Assembly: GCA_015061335.1 (NCBI GenBank)
Contig: SUWT01000007.1
Coordinates: 897 to 64,896, forward strand
Direction: 5' to 3'
Length of the DNA: 64,000 nt
Origin: Lentimicrobiaceae bacterium
Lineage (GTDB): Bacteria > Bacteroidota > Bacteroidia > Bacteroidales > F082
Below, piece by piece: positions 53,386 to 63,227 of the stretch; position 1 is the first letter of the stretch, and the number at the start of each line of letters is the position of its first letter. The position numbers and the translations under genes are program-made. The notes beneath the pieces are model-generated. The model was given only the letters and a program-made list of their open reading frames with translations, made no database searches and was not told where the DNA came from.

Positions 53386-53400
53386 CGTGTTACTTATCAA

Positions 53401-55512
53401 TTAGAAGAATAATACGCTGTTATCTTCAATCTTGACATTTTCTTTAATGGCTGAGAATGCAACGTTGTTGTTAATATTGTTATTATATTTTGAACGTTGT
53501 TCTTTAATAATATTGTCATAGTTCTGTGGTGTTGCTGCGGCTTCGTGTTTGTTAACTTTTACAACGAAGAAACCGTTGCCACCGATTATAGGTTCTGATA
53601 TTTCACCTTCTTTCATACCCATTACTGTACCAATGACTTTATCTTCAACGCCGAAGTTGCCGAAGCCACGACCTTCAAATGTGATGTTATCTACTGTTGT
53701 GTTTTCACCTTTGAGGTTATCAACCATCTTCTTGTAATCGTTGCCGTAAGCCTTAGCTTTTTCTGCTATGAGTTCACCTTTCTTATCTTTTATGATGACA
53801 TATTTATAACGATCAACGATGTCTTCATAAACTGGATCACCTTCTTCAACGCTCTTTGTGAGAACTGCTACCACATACATATCATCGAGGTCAAAGATTG
53901 TTGACATATCACCAACTTTAGTGTTTTCATCAAATGCCCAACGTACTATCTGACGTGGATTGCTGATTCCTGTGATAAAGTTTGTAGTTGTTCTTAATGA
54001 AGGGTAAGTACGTTTGTTAAGTCCTTGAGCCTCGATAGCTTTGTTAAAATCTTCAGCTGTTGTGTTTTCTGTGACGAATCTGTTAGCTTCAGCGAAGATA
54101 TTGTGGTAAGTGTTTGTACTTGCTGTGATTTCGTGTGCCAAGACAGCAACGCGAGCTTTAGGTTGAGCTTCTGTGCGGTCTGTGACTTTAATAATATGGA
54201 AACCGAAAGGAGTTTCAACCATGCCTACTGTACCTACCTTATTGTTTTGTACGAATTCATTAAATGTGTGTACCATTGTGCCGTCTGTGAACCAGCCGAG
54301 ATCACCGTTGTTTGTTTGTGCACTTGGGTCGTCTGATAATGACTTAGCCAATGTCTCGATCTTTGAGCTGTCTTTCTTAACAACGTTGTAAATACTGTCT
54401 GCAAGAGCTTGAGCTTCTTCCTTAGTACGTGTCTCGGTGCTGCGTAAGGCATTAGCGTAGCTTACTAAAATGTGTGAAGCCATCAATGAATCTGAACGTT
54501 CTGATAAGTCCATGATTCTTGCGATGTTGTAATAACCTTCGTTTTCGTATGGTCCATAAACGAAACCAACGCCATTGTTTTCATCGAATATTGCTGTCTC
54601 AAGTTCTACAGGAAAATCTTTTCTTGCTTTCCATGCACTGTCGTATGGAAGATCTGAATTTGCATTGACAAAGTTAGCTGCATTTTGAATTTCAGCGAAG
54701 TCATTCTTTAAATCAGCTACATAATTTTTTGAATATTCAATATCAGCTTCTGATGGTTCGATCTCAAATATGATATAGTCGATTGCGCGTGTGGCATCTG
54801 TCTGATATTTTTTCTTGTTCTTTTCGTAGAAAGCTTTGTTGTCAGCTTCAGCTACAACTACTGTCGAGTCGGCAATAGTGTTGTAACGAACAGCATAAAC
54901 TTCAGCTGATGTTTTGTCGTTCTTGTCAGCATAATAACGTGCTGCCAATTTGTTAGGAAGATAGTAAGCTTTCTTAAGGAGATTATCGTATTTCGTGTTT
55001 AATCTGTCGTTTTTAATAGCTTGTTCAAAATTAAGCCATGATGACTTCATCTCTGGTGAAAGAGTTTGGAAGTCTCTGATGTATGTAGTGACGAGTTCTC
55101 TGTTAAACTTGCCATCTGCATCTGTAAAGCTTTGAACTACATATTGGTTAGGATTTTCACCTAAAAATTGATCATATAACTCATCAGATGACACGGTGAC
55201 ACCAAGTTTGTCATATTCGTTTGTCATGATAATTTCTCTAATCATCTGATCCAAGGTATTAGCATGGATTGAGTAGTTATCTTGTGAACTTAATGATCCA
55301 CCATTGTTAGCTTTTGCATTTTCAAGATTCATGTTGACTACATTGCTGTAATCTTGATAAGTGATTTTTTCCTTGCCAACAGTAGCTACGTTTGTTCTTT
55401 GACCGCTGTTAGTGCTCTTTAAAAGGTCACCCATAACAAAAGCCAAAAGTGCAAGACCTACAATGACTACTAACAGTCCATAATGCTTTCTAATGTTTCC
55501 AATTGCTGCCAT
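53401..55512 (-). CDS. periplasmic chaperone / peptidyl-prolyl isomerase (PpiD/SurA-like)
   Basis: 703 aa. N-terminal membrane anchor and a parvulin domain (ASHILVSY...GDLGWFTDGTMVHTFNEFV..GFHIIKV). Confidence 0.75.
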   Translation of the reverse strand: MAAIGNIRKHYGLLVVIVGLALLAFVMGDLLKSTNSGQRTNVATVGKEKITYQDYSNVVNMNLENAKANNGGSLSSQDNYSIHANTLDQMIREIIMTNEYDKLGVTVSSDELYDQFLGENPNQYVVQSFTDADGKFNRELVTTYIRDFQTLSPEMKSSWLNFEQAIKNDRLNTKYDNLLKKAYYLPNKLAARYYADKNDKTSAEVYAVRYNTIADSTVVVAEADNKAFYEKNKKKYQTDATRAIDYIIFEIEPSEADIEYSKNYVADLKNDFAEIQNAANFVNANSDLPYDSAWKARKDFPVELETAIFDENNGVGFVYGPYENEGYYNIARIMDLSERSDSLMASHILVSYANALRSTETRTKEEAQALADSIYNVVKKDSSKIETLAKSLSDDPSAQTNNGDLGWFTDGTMVHTFNEFVQNNKVGTVGMVETPFGFHIIKVTDRTEAQPKARVAVLAHEITASTNTYHNIFAEANRFVTENTTAEDFNKAIEAQGLNKRTYPSLRTTTNFITGISNPRQIVRWAFDENTKVGDMSTIFDLDDMYVVAVLTKSVEEGDPVYEDIVDRYKYVIIKDKKGELIAEKAKAYGNDYKKMVDNLKGENTTVDNITFEGRGFGNFGVEDKVIGTVMGMKEGEISEPIIGGNGFFVVKVNKHEAAATPQNYDNIIKEQRSKYNNNINNNVAFSAIKENVKIEDNSVLFF

Positions 55513-55558
55513 AATTCTATGCTATTATTTATTTAAATTTATTTCTTTTTTAAGTCTG

Positions 55559-55566
55559 CAAATTTA
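55559..55566 (-). promoter_or_regulatory. -7 box TAAATTTG (minus strand)
   Basis: Exact TAnnTTTG match 46 nt upstream of the ATG at 55512. Confidence 0.4.
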
Positions 55567-55644
55567 CAAAACCATTCGATATAATCGACATTTTTATTAA
55601 AATTTTCTTTATGCTTTTAAAATGCCTGTTGAGTATTATATAAC

Positions 55645-56910
55645 TCATTGATTATTCTTGATTTCCACTTCCTCCAGCTTGGTGTCGGAGGCTTTTATAA
55701 TTTTGAAAATATAGTTCCCAATACTTATCTCTTCATCTTTTTTGGGGATACTTTCATGATAATGAATTATATAACCTGCTAATGTTTCATAGTCGTCCGA
55801 CTCAGGAAAATTGAACTTGTAATTCTTGTTTAAATAATCAATTTCCAATCGTGCTGAAAAGATATGGTCATTGGCATTAATGGTCTTTTCTACGGTATCT
55901 TCCTCATCAAATTCGTCTTCTATCTCACCGAAAATCTCTTCAATAAGATCTTCAATGCTGATAATTCCTGATGTTCCTCCAAATTCATCAACTACAACCG
56001 CTATACTTTGATGATGTTTTGACAATTTCTTTAATAATTCCTGTGCCGAATACGACTCGGGATAAAATTCTATAGGACGTATCTTCTGCCTCAGATCTGT
56101 TGTTGTCGTAAGCACGTCGTTTATATGGATATAACCTATTATGTTATCTATATTACCTTCAAATACAAGCAGTTTTGAGTGTTTCGTCTCTTGAAAGACT
56201 GTCTTAACTTCATTAATATCGTTTTCTATGTTGATTGCCTGAATCTCAGTCCTCGGAACCATACATTCTCTTAATTTTACATTGTGAAACTCTATGGCGT
56301 TTTGAAATAACTCTATTCCTTGCTGAACATCCTCATTGACCTCATCGGGATTAGCATATTCCTTGATGTAATCGTTGAGATCGACAGTGTTTAGTTTATA
56401 ATCGTCATGAGGTATGTCAACTCTTAGTATATACTTGATTACCAATTCTGAAATACTTATAAAGATAAGGATGATAGGATATAAAACCACGAATAATATC
56501 ATTGCGGGCAATGCGAATATCTGCATGCTTTTATTAGGATTGATTCCAAATATCATCTTCGGTAAGAACTCGCCTGTTATAAGTACCAGAATCGTTGATA
56601 AGATGGTTTGACATAATAATACGACAAAGTCGTTGTTTAATGCGCTTGGTAGTATATTAATCAGGAATGGTTCTAGTATTCTTGCTATAGCGATACCGTA
56701 AATTACGTTTGCGATATTGTTGCATAGTAATAAAAGTCCAATAAATTGCGATTGATTTTTAAAGAATTTATTGATTATTTTTGCTGAGAATTTTGATTTC
56801 TTTAGATCTAGCTCTAGCTGTAACCTATTGGTGCTCAGGAATGCTATTTCCATTCCTGAAAACATTGCCGATGCTGTCAAAGATAATATTACAATATATA
56901 TGTCTTTCAT
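55645..56910 (-). CDS. CNNM/hemolysin-family membrane protein (DUF21-CBS-CorC_HlyC; GldE-like)
   Basis: 421 aa. Four N-terminal TM helices, a CBS pair, and a C-terminal CorC/HlyC transporter-associated domain. Confidence 0.75.
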   Translation of the reverse strand: MKDIYIVILSLTASAMFSGMEIAFLSTNRLQLELDLKKSKFSAKIINKFFKNQSQFIGLLLLCNNIANVIYGIAIARILEPFLINILPSALNNDFVVLLCQTILSTILVLITGEFLPKMIFGINPNKSMQIFALPAMILFVVLYPIILIFISISELVIKYILRVDIPHDDYKLNTVDLNDYIKEYANPDEVNEDVQQGIELFQNAIEFHNVKLRECMVPRTEIQAINIENDINEVKTVFQETKHSKLLVFEGNIDNIIGYIHINDVLTTTTDLRQKIRPIEFYPESYSAQELLKKLSKHHQSIAVVVDEFGGTSGIISIEDLIEEIFGEIEDEFDEEDTVEKTINANDHIFSARLEIDYLNKNYKFNFPESDDYETLAGYIIHYHESIPKKDEEISIGNYIFKIIKASDTKLEEVEIKNNQ

Positions 56911-56919
56911 TTTTCGATC

Positions 56920-57492
56920 TTAGAAGCCGTTTTCGTCATCTTCAATTTCGAGAGTAGCTCTCATTCCATGGATGACTCTTTGTGTAAAATCTTCATTTGC
57001 TGTGAGGCTGTCGCCATAGATGATTTTATCGGGGCTGGTTATTTTAACGAAGTTGTTGGTATAAATTTTTTTATTTTTTTGGTTCCAGAATAATGTTTCT
57101 GTCGAGAGGGTCTCCTGTGTTTCGAGATTCTCTACCACTACGCTGTCACGGGCAAAAAGAAGCTCTTCTTTCTCATAACGTATCCCGTATTCTGCTCTTA
57201 TTTTTGATTCTGCCGTGCTGTCTTTGTCGTATATGTATGCTAAAAATCCTTTGGGAAATTCCAATATGGCACTGTCGCCTTCAACCTTATGCATTATAGG
57301 CGCAAAAAGTCGGGCTTGTATATAACCGGAATCGCTCCTTGTGAATACCACATCGTATGCCAAAACTCCATTGATGGTGTCGGTGTCAATAAATTGTTTG
57401 ACTTTATCCAGTGAGTTTTCACAAGAAAACAACACCATAGCCATATTAGCTATGATGTTGATTCCTATAAATATTTTAAATATACTTTTCAA
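56920..57492 (-). CDS. lptC: LPS export periplasmic protein LptC-like lipoprotein
   Basis: 190 aa with lipobox VLFSCENS. The pattern LFWNQKNKKIYTNNFVKITSPDKIIYGDSLTANEDF is typical of Bacteroidota LptC. GldD is an alternative. Confidence 0.5.
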   Translation of the reverse strand: MKSIFKIFIGINIIANMAMVLFSCENSLDKVKQFIDTDTINGVLAYDVVFTRSDSGYIQARLFAPIMHKVEGDSAILEFPKGFLAYIYDKDSTAESKIRAEYGIRYEKEELLFARDSVVVENLETQETLSTETLFWNQKNKKIYTNNFVKITSPDKIIYGDSLTANEDFTQRVIHGMRATLEIEDDENGF

Positions 57493-57494
57493 AA

Positions 57495-58844
57495 TTACTT
57501 AGCTGCTCTAACTTTTGTTGTTTCCTTGATCCAGCAGTTGTCGAGTGTGAAATCTTGACCTTCTTCAAAACCATTGAAGAAAATAGTTTCTACTGTCGGG
57601 AAATAATGTGAGTATGAATTGATGAGTTCGTCAGCTTTTTCTTTCAATGAAGAATCAATTTGTTTAGCTTTTTGGAATTGGTCAACAGCTGCCCAAAATG
57701 CTGTCTTTGAATAGAAATCACCTGAACCACAATCTTTTGCACCTGCTGCATACAACTGACCAATGATGATGAAAGGCTCACCTTTGCTGTTATCAAGAGC
57801 GTATGCTTTTCTTGCATATTCACGACCTTTTTCGTAGTTTTTATACATGTTCATGATTTGAGCGAGGTAAATATATGACTGATAAGCCCATTCTTTGTTT
57901 TCACATTTTGTTGCTTCACCAAGGTATAATATTGCTTTGTCATAATCTTTGTCGCTGATGTATCTTTTGCCGATAAGGTATGCTGATTCCGGTGATGGGT
58001 TGAACTTGTGTAAGTTAACAGCTACGCTGAGATATAAGTCAGTGTTGTCGCAGCCTCTTTTCTCAAGAATCTCAGCAATTTTTGTCAATAACTCAACATC
58101 ATTAGGATTAGCATTGAATTTAGGTTGGTATATACGAACTAAATCTTCACAATTAGCATATGGCTGAACTGCTACATCAAGATTGCTCTTTGCTGAGTTG
58201 AAATTGTTTAATGCTTTCTCGTTACCGCTTTCTGTTAAATTTTTGATGTTGAAATCAAGAATTTCCATGAGACGTCCGTATTCGTCGAGGATAACACTCT
58301 CTTCTAACTTGCCGTTTTTTACCATTGTGATGACTGAGTTGAAGTATGAGTCGATGAATGCGTAACTGCTGTTATTACCGTCTAAATCAATAGCTTGTTT
58401 AAGAGCGTTGTATGCTTCTTCATAACGATGTGGTGCTACTGTCAATAAATCGAGACCTTTACGACCCATGATGTTACCAACTTGTGAACCCTTAGAATTT
58501 GTTGGGAAATATTCAGCTCTCTTGTCATAAATCATAACGAGAGTGTCAATATATTTATCTTTTAATGCTTGATCTTTGGTTGTTCTGATGAATGCATACT
58601 TCATGATATTAACACCATCAAGATATGTGTTTTGCTTGAATGTCGGACAATTGAGATAAACATTTCTCCATGATGTGATCATTTGAGGATTAATGTTCTC
58701 TGGATTGTACTTGGTTTGTTCCCATTGCTTGATGTATTCACGATAAAGTGAATAATCAACTTCACAATTTTCCTGTGCTTTCAATGAAACTGTTCCTGCA
58801 AGAAGGAATGTTACACCTAATAGTAAAAATCTTCTAATTTTCAT
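57495..58844 (-). CDS. TPR-like secreted protein, unknown function
   Basis: 449 aa with a signal peptide and helical-repeat composition (Y/A/L-rich 34-aa-like units). Confidence 0.4.
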   Translation of the reverse strand: MKIRRFLLLGVTFLLAGTVSLKAQENCEVDYSLYREYIKQWEQTKYNPENINPQMITSWRNVYLNCPTFKQNTYLDGVNIMKYAFIRTTKDQALKDKYIDTLVMIYDKRAEYFPTNSKGSQVGNIMGRKGLDLLTVAPHRYEEAYNALKQAIDLDGNNSSYAFIDSYFNSVITMVKNGKLEESVILDEYGRLMEILDFNIKNLTESGNEKALNNFNSAKSNLDVAVQPYANCEDLVRIYQPKFNANPNDVELLTKIAEILEKRGCDNTDLYLSVAVNLHKFNPSPESAYLIGKRYISDKDYDKAILYLGEATKCENKEWAYQSYIYLAQIMNMYKNYEKGREYARKAYALDNSKGEPFIIIGQLYAAGAKDCGSGDFYSKTAFWAAVDQFQKAKQIDSSLKEKADELINSYSHYFPTVETIFFNGFEEGQDFTLDNCWIKETTKVRAAK

Positions 58845-58876
58845 TTTTAATAATTTTGTTTATTGATTTTTTTATT

Positions 58877-60157
58877 CTATTTGTATTTCTTTTTAATGAA
58901 CCATCTGTCGTAAATAGACATGCTTATTGATATGTTGAAATATGATTCTTTGACAAGATTGTTGTTGGTTGTACCTAATGCACCGAATTCTACAGCTACA
59001 TTAAATGTTGTAAGTGATCTCTGAACAGGCAAGCCGAGACCTAATGTTACACCATATTTATTTATGGATGTGCCATACACATTATAATAGGTCTGGTCAT
59101 AATGAAAACCTGCTCTATATGTTATCTTCTTGAAATAACTTGAAATAGATGTGGAAGCTGGTTTATACGAACCTCCTATTGCAATGTTCCATGCATTTTG
59201 TAAGGAGTCGTTAACGCCATTCATGCTGAATCCTTTCCATCCCGACCAGTTAAAATCTGCACCAAGAAGCCAACGATTGTTCTTCTCCAATGTGAAACCT
59301 ACACCAAAACCATCAGGAATACTTATTTCCACTTTCTCATCTTGTTCAAATTCAAGAGTATCAATTGGATTCTCTGATTGTCCCTCAAATCCCTTGAACA
59401 TATTCCTTATGAATAGATCTCTTTTCGATGATAGATTGGTGTTTTGTGAATATGTCGCTCCAATATTTAACTTACAACTATTGATAGGAATAGAATAAAT
59501 AAATCCATAGTCGAACTTGAAATCACTCACTCTCGTATCTATAGAACGTCTTCCGTTGATAAAGAACACAGAATCAGGATAATAGACAGATGTGATGTCA
59601 GATAGTTTTCCGAATAGATATGATGCTGTTACACCTAATGACAAGTTTTTACCTATCTTGAATCCATTGGCAATATAAACCTTAGTTATTCCACCTTCGC
59701 CTTGGAAAGATACATTATATGAGCCTAAATCGTTATGATTAGTTATGACATTATATTCTTTGTTGCTGTATGGTGTGACACCAACACCTAATTTCCACCA
59801 TTTTGTGGCACTTAATCCTATGTTGGCGTATTCAAATGAGGCATTTGATCCGCTTTCTGTCATTGATGTTGTTGAAAATGAAGCTGTTTTAATATAAAAA
59901 CCAGCGTCAAAAAGTATTGACAAAGTGTCTATCGCGGCAAAAGAAGCAGGATTGTTAGGGCTGAGTATGGTGTTATTACTGATAGCGTTAGAGATGCCTC
60001 CCATACCTTTTAGCTTTGTATTTGGACTGCCGACGAAGAGGTCTCCCAAACCAAATCTTGAATAAGGAGAACTTAAATCAGCCTGCCCAAACGCATTAAT
60101 TCCTATCGTAAAGATGGAAATGAGTAAGATAAAATATTTAAATTTTTTATATGTCAT
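58877..60157 (-). CDS. putative outer-membrane beta-barrel protein
   Basis: 426 aa. Signal peptide, conserved SPYSRFGLGDL start of the mature protein, and amphipathic beta-strand periodicity. Confidence 0.5.
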   Translation of the reverse strand: MTYKKFKYFILLISIFTIGINAFGQADLSSPYSRFGLGDLFVGSPNTKLKGMGGISNAISNNTILSPNNPASFAAIDTLSILFDAGFYIKTASFSTTSMTESGSNASFEYANIGLSATKWWKLGVGVTPYSNKEYNVITNHNDLGSYNVSFQGEGGITKVYIANGFKIGKNLSLGVTASYLFGKLSDITSVYYPDSVFFINGRRSIDTRVSDFKFDYGFIYSIPINSCKLNIGATYSQNTNLSSKRDLFIRNMFKGFEGQSENPIDTLEFEQDEKVEISIPDGFGVGFTLEKNNRWLLGADFNWSGWKGFSMNGVNDSLQNAWNIAIGGSYKPASTSISSYFKKITYRAGFHYDQTYYNVYGTSINKYGVTLGLGLPVQRSLTTFNVAVEFGALGTTNNNLVKESYFNISISMSIYDRWFIKKKYK

Positions 60158-60867
60158 TGATAATCAAGAATATATCTTAAACCGTTAAAAGTAAACTTTG
60201 CGTCTGCAAATATGCAACATTTTAACATATTTTCAAAGAAAATATTGTCTCCACCTATAATAAAAACATTTAAATTTTTAAAAATGTTTGAATATGCTCT
60301 AATAAAGCCCTCAATTTCAAAGGCAATGCCATTCATGACCCCAGATCGCAGACAAGCTTCTGTAGTTTTATGAATGTAATTTATCTCATCTTTCTTCGGC
60401 ATACATAAGGGAAGTTTATTGGTATAATCATTCATCGATTTAAACCTCAGATTTATTCCCGGACTTATGGATCCTGCATAGTGAATTTTGTCGGACGTAA
60501 TAATATCGTATGTGATGCATGTCCCGATGTCAATGACAAGACTATTTTGATGTGGTTTTTCTTTTATTGCAGCTGCTACAGCCACAATTCTGTCGCTGCC
60601 TATCTCATTATATGCTAATTTAAATGGCAGTGGAGTAGTGCCGGATAGTGTGATAACTTCTATCTTTTGTAGTTGTTTCAAGCATTCTTCTATCTTTCCA
60701 CCTACTGAAGACAAAATACCTTTCTCTATGTTGGGATATTTCTGTAAAACTCTTTCTAAATCATCACTATAAGGGTCGAAGACGGACAATTCTATCATGA
60801 TGTCATCTTCAAATATGGCATATTTCGCTCTTGTATTTCCAATATCTATAGTTATGATTTGTTTCAT
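60154..60867 (-). CDS. coaX: type III pantothenate kinase
   Basis: Starts MKQIITIDIGNTRAKYAIF (the DxGNT motif). The ORF-track N-terminal extension reads through the tRNA-Phe gene and is rejected. Confidence 0.85.
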   Translation of the reverse strand: MKQIITIDIGNTRAKYAIFEDDIMIELSVFDPYSDDLERVLQKYPNIEKGILSSVGGKIEECLKQLQKIEVITLSGTTPLPFKLAYNEIGSDRIVAVAAAIKEKPHQNSLVIDIGTCITYDIITSDKIHYAGSISPGINLRFKSMNDYTNKLPLCMPKKDEINYIHKTTEACLRSGVMNGIAFEIEGFIRAYSNIFKNLNVFIIGGDNIFFENMLKCCIFADAKFTFNGLRYILDYQ

Positions 60868-60878
60868 TATTTTTTTTG

Positions 60879-60886
60879 CAAATATA
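60879..60886 (-). promoter_or_regulatory. -7 box TATATTTG (minus strand)
   Basis: Exact TAnnTTTG match 11 nt upstream of the coaX ATG at 60867. Confidence 0.45.
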
Positions 60887-60958
60887 CTGATAATCAGAAT
60901 ATGTATATATTTTTTAAAAAAAATTATTTTTTTTTGTTGAATGTATAAAAAAATGTTG

Positions 60959-60966
60959 TACCTTTG
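60959..60966 (+). promoter_or_regulatory. -7 box TACCTTTG for tRNA-Phe
   Basis: Exact TAnnTTTG match 18 nt upstream of the tRNA 5' end. Confidence 0.5.
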
Positions 60967-60984
60967 CACTCGCAAACCGACGGA

Positions 60985-61057
60985 GGTACCATAGCTCAGT
61001 TGGTAGAGCAATGGACTGAAAATCCATGTGTCGCTGGTTCGAATCCCGCTGGTACCA
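60985..61057 (+). tRNA. tRNA-Phe (anticodon GAA)
   Basis: Manual cloverleaf. Acceptor GGTACCA/TGGTACC, D arm GCTC-AGTTGGTA-GAGC, anticodon stem ATGGA/TCCAT with loop CTGAAAA, T loop TTCGAAT (one T-C mismatch in the T stem), discriminator A. No encoded CCA. Confidence 0.9.
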
Positions 61058-61065
61058 CAAAAAAA

Positions 61066-61092
61066 AGCTGACCTTTAGGTCAGCTTTTTTTG
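61066..61092. terminator. bidirectional terminator AGCTGACC-TTTA-GGTCAGCT plus T-run
   Basis: Perfect 8-bp stem flanked by an A-run and a T-run. It lies between tRNA-Phe (+) and the convergent dipeptidase gene (-). Confidence 0.8.
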
Positions 61093-61096
61093 TTTC

Positions 61097-62686
61097 TTAG
61101 AAGTTCACCCAGAATTTCTCCCAGAAGCTATGTTCCATCTCTTTCCAAGCTTGAGCTGTGGCTGCTTCGAAATCGGCTGTATATCTGTTGAGTAATTTCT
61201 GTGCATCTTCTTTCTTGCCTTCATCTAATAACGCTTTCACTTCCTCTTCCAATGCAGGAATTTCTTTGAATGCTTTGTCTTCAAAACGTAAGATATTGTC
61301 TATCATAGTTTTCTTAGTGCTGCCCCATTGTATTTGAGCAAGTTTATTCGCTTTACGATAGCGCCATAATGCTGTTTCTTCGTTATAATTGCCATGACCG
61401 CATTGATCAAAACATGACGGTAATTGTGTTGAGCCAGTGAAGATAGGTATTCTTGGGCTTTGACCTGGATTCTCTACGCCAAACCAGCAGATACCGCCAA
61501 TCTCGTTAGGCATCCAGCTTCTTAATTGAGCCACGAATGAGTATGAGCACCATGAAACAGATACCGTACGTTTTGAATCAACTGTGCCAGGAACTATGAA
61601 ATTGTATGTGTTGATGTCATTGCCTCCCATCCATGGATTGGCGATTGGGCTAACAATGGTATCGCCTTTTCTGTTGACGATCTTTAAGTTGCGAGTCATG
61701 TCCATATCAGTTCCTTCGTAAGTACTTCTGAGTAATTCCATTACTTTACGTACATCTACTTTTTCATCTGGTTTTACTGAGAAAGGCAGATCAGGGTCAT
61801 CCATACTTAATCCTAATGATGGTGCTAATGAGTTGAGTATAAACCATTCGCGTTCACGGAAATTCTTACCGTTAGAATAGTCATTACCAAAGGCTTTGTA
61901 CCAGATAAATTCGCCTTCTCCATCCCATAATCCATGTTTCTTTGCGACTTTCTCTATATTGTCGGAGCATAGGAAGTTATCAGGGTCGTCTCTGTTGATA
62001 TATTTTATTCTTGGAATATTAGCTGACACACTGACTTCACCGTCAGGTACTCTTTGTGCTGCCCAGATACCTCCAATTTTTTTCTTGCCTTCGCCCATGA
62101 TTTCCATGCACCATACCTCATTTGGGTCAGCGATTGTGATGCATTCTCCGCCATCACCATAGCCGTATTCGGCTACAAGTTCGCCTATAAGTTTAATGGC
62201 ATCTCTTGCGTTATCACAGCGTTGAAGAGCGATACGTTCTAATTCCTCAATCATGAATAAACCATCAGGGTTGACAAGTGTATCAGGTCCTGAGAAAGTC
62301 GTTTCTCCTATTGCTAATTGTTTCTCGTTAAGACAAGGATAAGCGGTGTTGAGATAAGAATAGGTGTAAGGAACTTGTGGAATCTCACCTACTTCTTTTA
62401 AACCTTTACTATCGTATGGATCTTGTGTATGCATAGTGCCTTTATAGATCTTTTGCATATCACCTTTTTTGTGTTCTTGAGCCTTCTCCCAACGAACCCA
62501 TGTGCGATACCAGCTGTCGCAGGTATGTGAGGTGATGACAGAACCATCGGATGAGGCTTCTTTTCCTACCATGATACTAGTGCAACTTGCACCTTCAAAA
62601 TCTTGTGCATCAACATCTTGCGCATTGATATTGAATGTTAGCGACATCAATGCCAATAATGCTAACAATGATAATCTTGTTTTCAT
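61097..62686 (-). CDS. C69 family dipeptidase (Ntn-hydrolase type)
   Basis: From ATG 62686 the protein starts MKTRLSLLALLALMSLTFNINAQ (signal peptide), followed by CTSIMVGKEASSDGSVITSHTCD (nucleophile Cys context). The longer ORF-track start overlaps rsmD. Confidence 0.75.
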   Translation of the reverse strand: MKTRLSLLALLALMSLTFNINAQDVDAQDFEGASCTSIMVGKEASSDGSVITSHTCDSWYRTWVRWEKAQEHKKGDMQKIYKGTMHTQDPYDSKGLKEVGEIPQVPYTYSYLNTAYPCLNEKQLAIGETTFSGPDTLVNPDGLFMIEELERIALQRCDNARDAIKLIGELVAEYGYGDGGECITIADPNEVWCMEIMGEGKKKIGGIWAAQRVPDGEVSVSANIPRIKYINRDDPDNFLCSDNIEKVAKKHGLWDGEGEFIWYKAFGNDYSNGKNFREREWFILNSLAPSLGLSMDDPDLPFSVKPDEKVDVRKVMELLRSTYEGTDMDMTRNLKIVNRKGDTIVSPIANPWMGGNDINTYNFIVPGTVDSKRTVSVSWCSYSFVAQLRSWMPNEIGGICWFGVENPGQSPRIPIFTGSTQLPSCFDQCGHGNYNEETALWRYRKANKLAQIQWGSTKKTMIDNILRFEDKAFKEIPALEEEVKALLDEGKKEDAQKLLNRYTADFEAATAQAWKEMEHSFWEKFWVNF

Positions 62687-62696
62687 AAGCATAAAT

Positions 62697-63227
62697 TTAT
62701 TTGAAAAAACTAAAATTAACTTTACCATATCTGCGTTGTTCAAAGAAACGCGGATGATCCTTGAAATCAAGGAATTTGTTATGTTCAACCACGAATAAAC
62801 CTCCTTCATTGAGAAGCTCGTTTTCGAAAACTAATTTTACGAGTAGGTCATAATGCTGACTGTCATACGGAGGATCCGCAAAAATCAGGTCATATTTGAT
62901 CCTTTGCATTGGGATGAAACGGAATACGTCGGAACGTACTACCAGAAGCTCTTCCATTTCCAACTTGCTGGCTGTATCTCTCATAAATTTCACGCAATTA
63001 TTGTTCTCATCAACAGCAGTGACGCGCGGACAACCTCTTGAAACTAATTCATAGGAAATGTTTCCTGTGCCAGCAAAGAGATCTAGTGCTATAATATCTT
63101 CAAAATCAATATGATTTTCTAAAATGTTGAATAAACTCTCTTTTGCCATGTCTGTGGTAGGACGTACCGGCAAACTGCTTGGAGCAGTGATTTGTCGTCT
63201 CTGATATCTTCCTCTTATTATTCGCAT
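62697..63227 (-). CDS. rsmD: 16S rRNA (guanine966-N2)-methyltransferase
   Basis: 176 aa. RPTTDMAKESLFNIL, DLFAGTGNISYE, FADPPY. Confidence 0.85.
   Translation of the reverse strand: MRIIRGRYQRRQITAPSSLPVRPTTDMAKESLFNILENHIDFEDIIALDLFAGTGNISYELVSRGCPRVTAVDENNNCVKFMRDTASKLEMEELLVVRSDVFRFIPMQRIKYDLIFADPPYDSQHYDLLVKLVFENELLNEGGLFVVEHNKFLDFKDHPRFFEQRRYGKVNFSFFK

Noticed and set aside
60868-61011. N-terminal 48-aa extension of coaX in the ORF track
   Set aside because: The extension is the antisense translation of tRNA-Phe and its promoter (..LYQLSYGTS..). The canonical CoaX N-terminus MKQIITIDIGNT starts at 60867, with a TATATTTG box 11 nt upstream.
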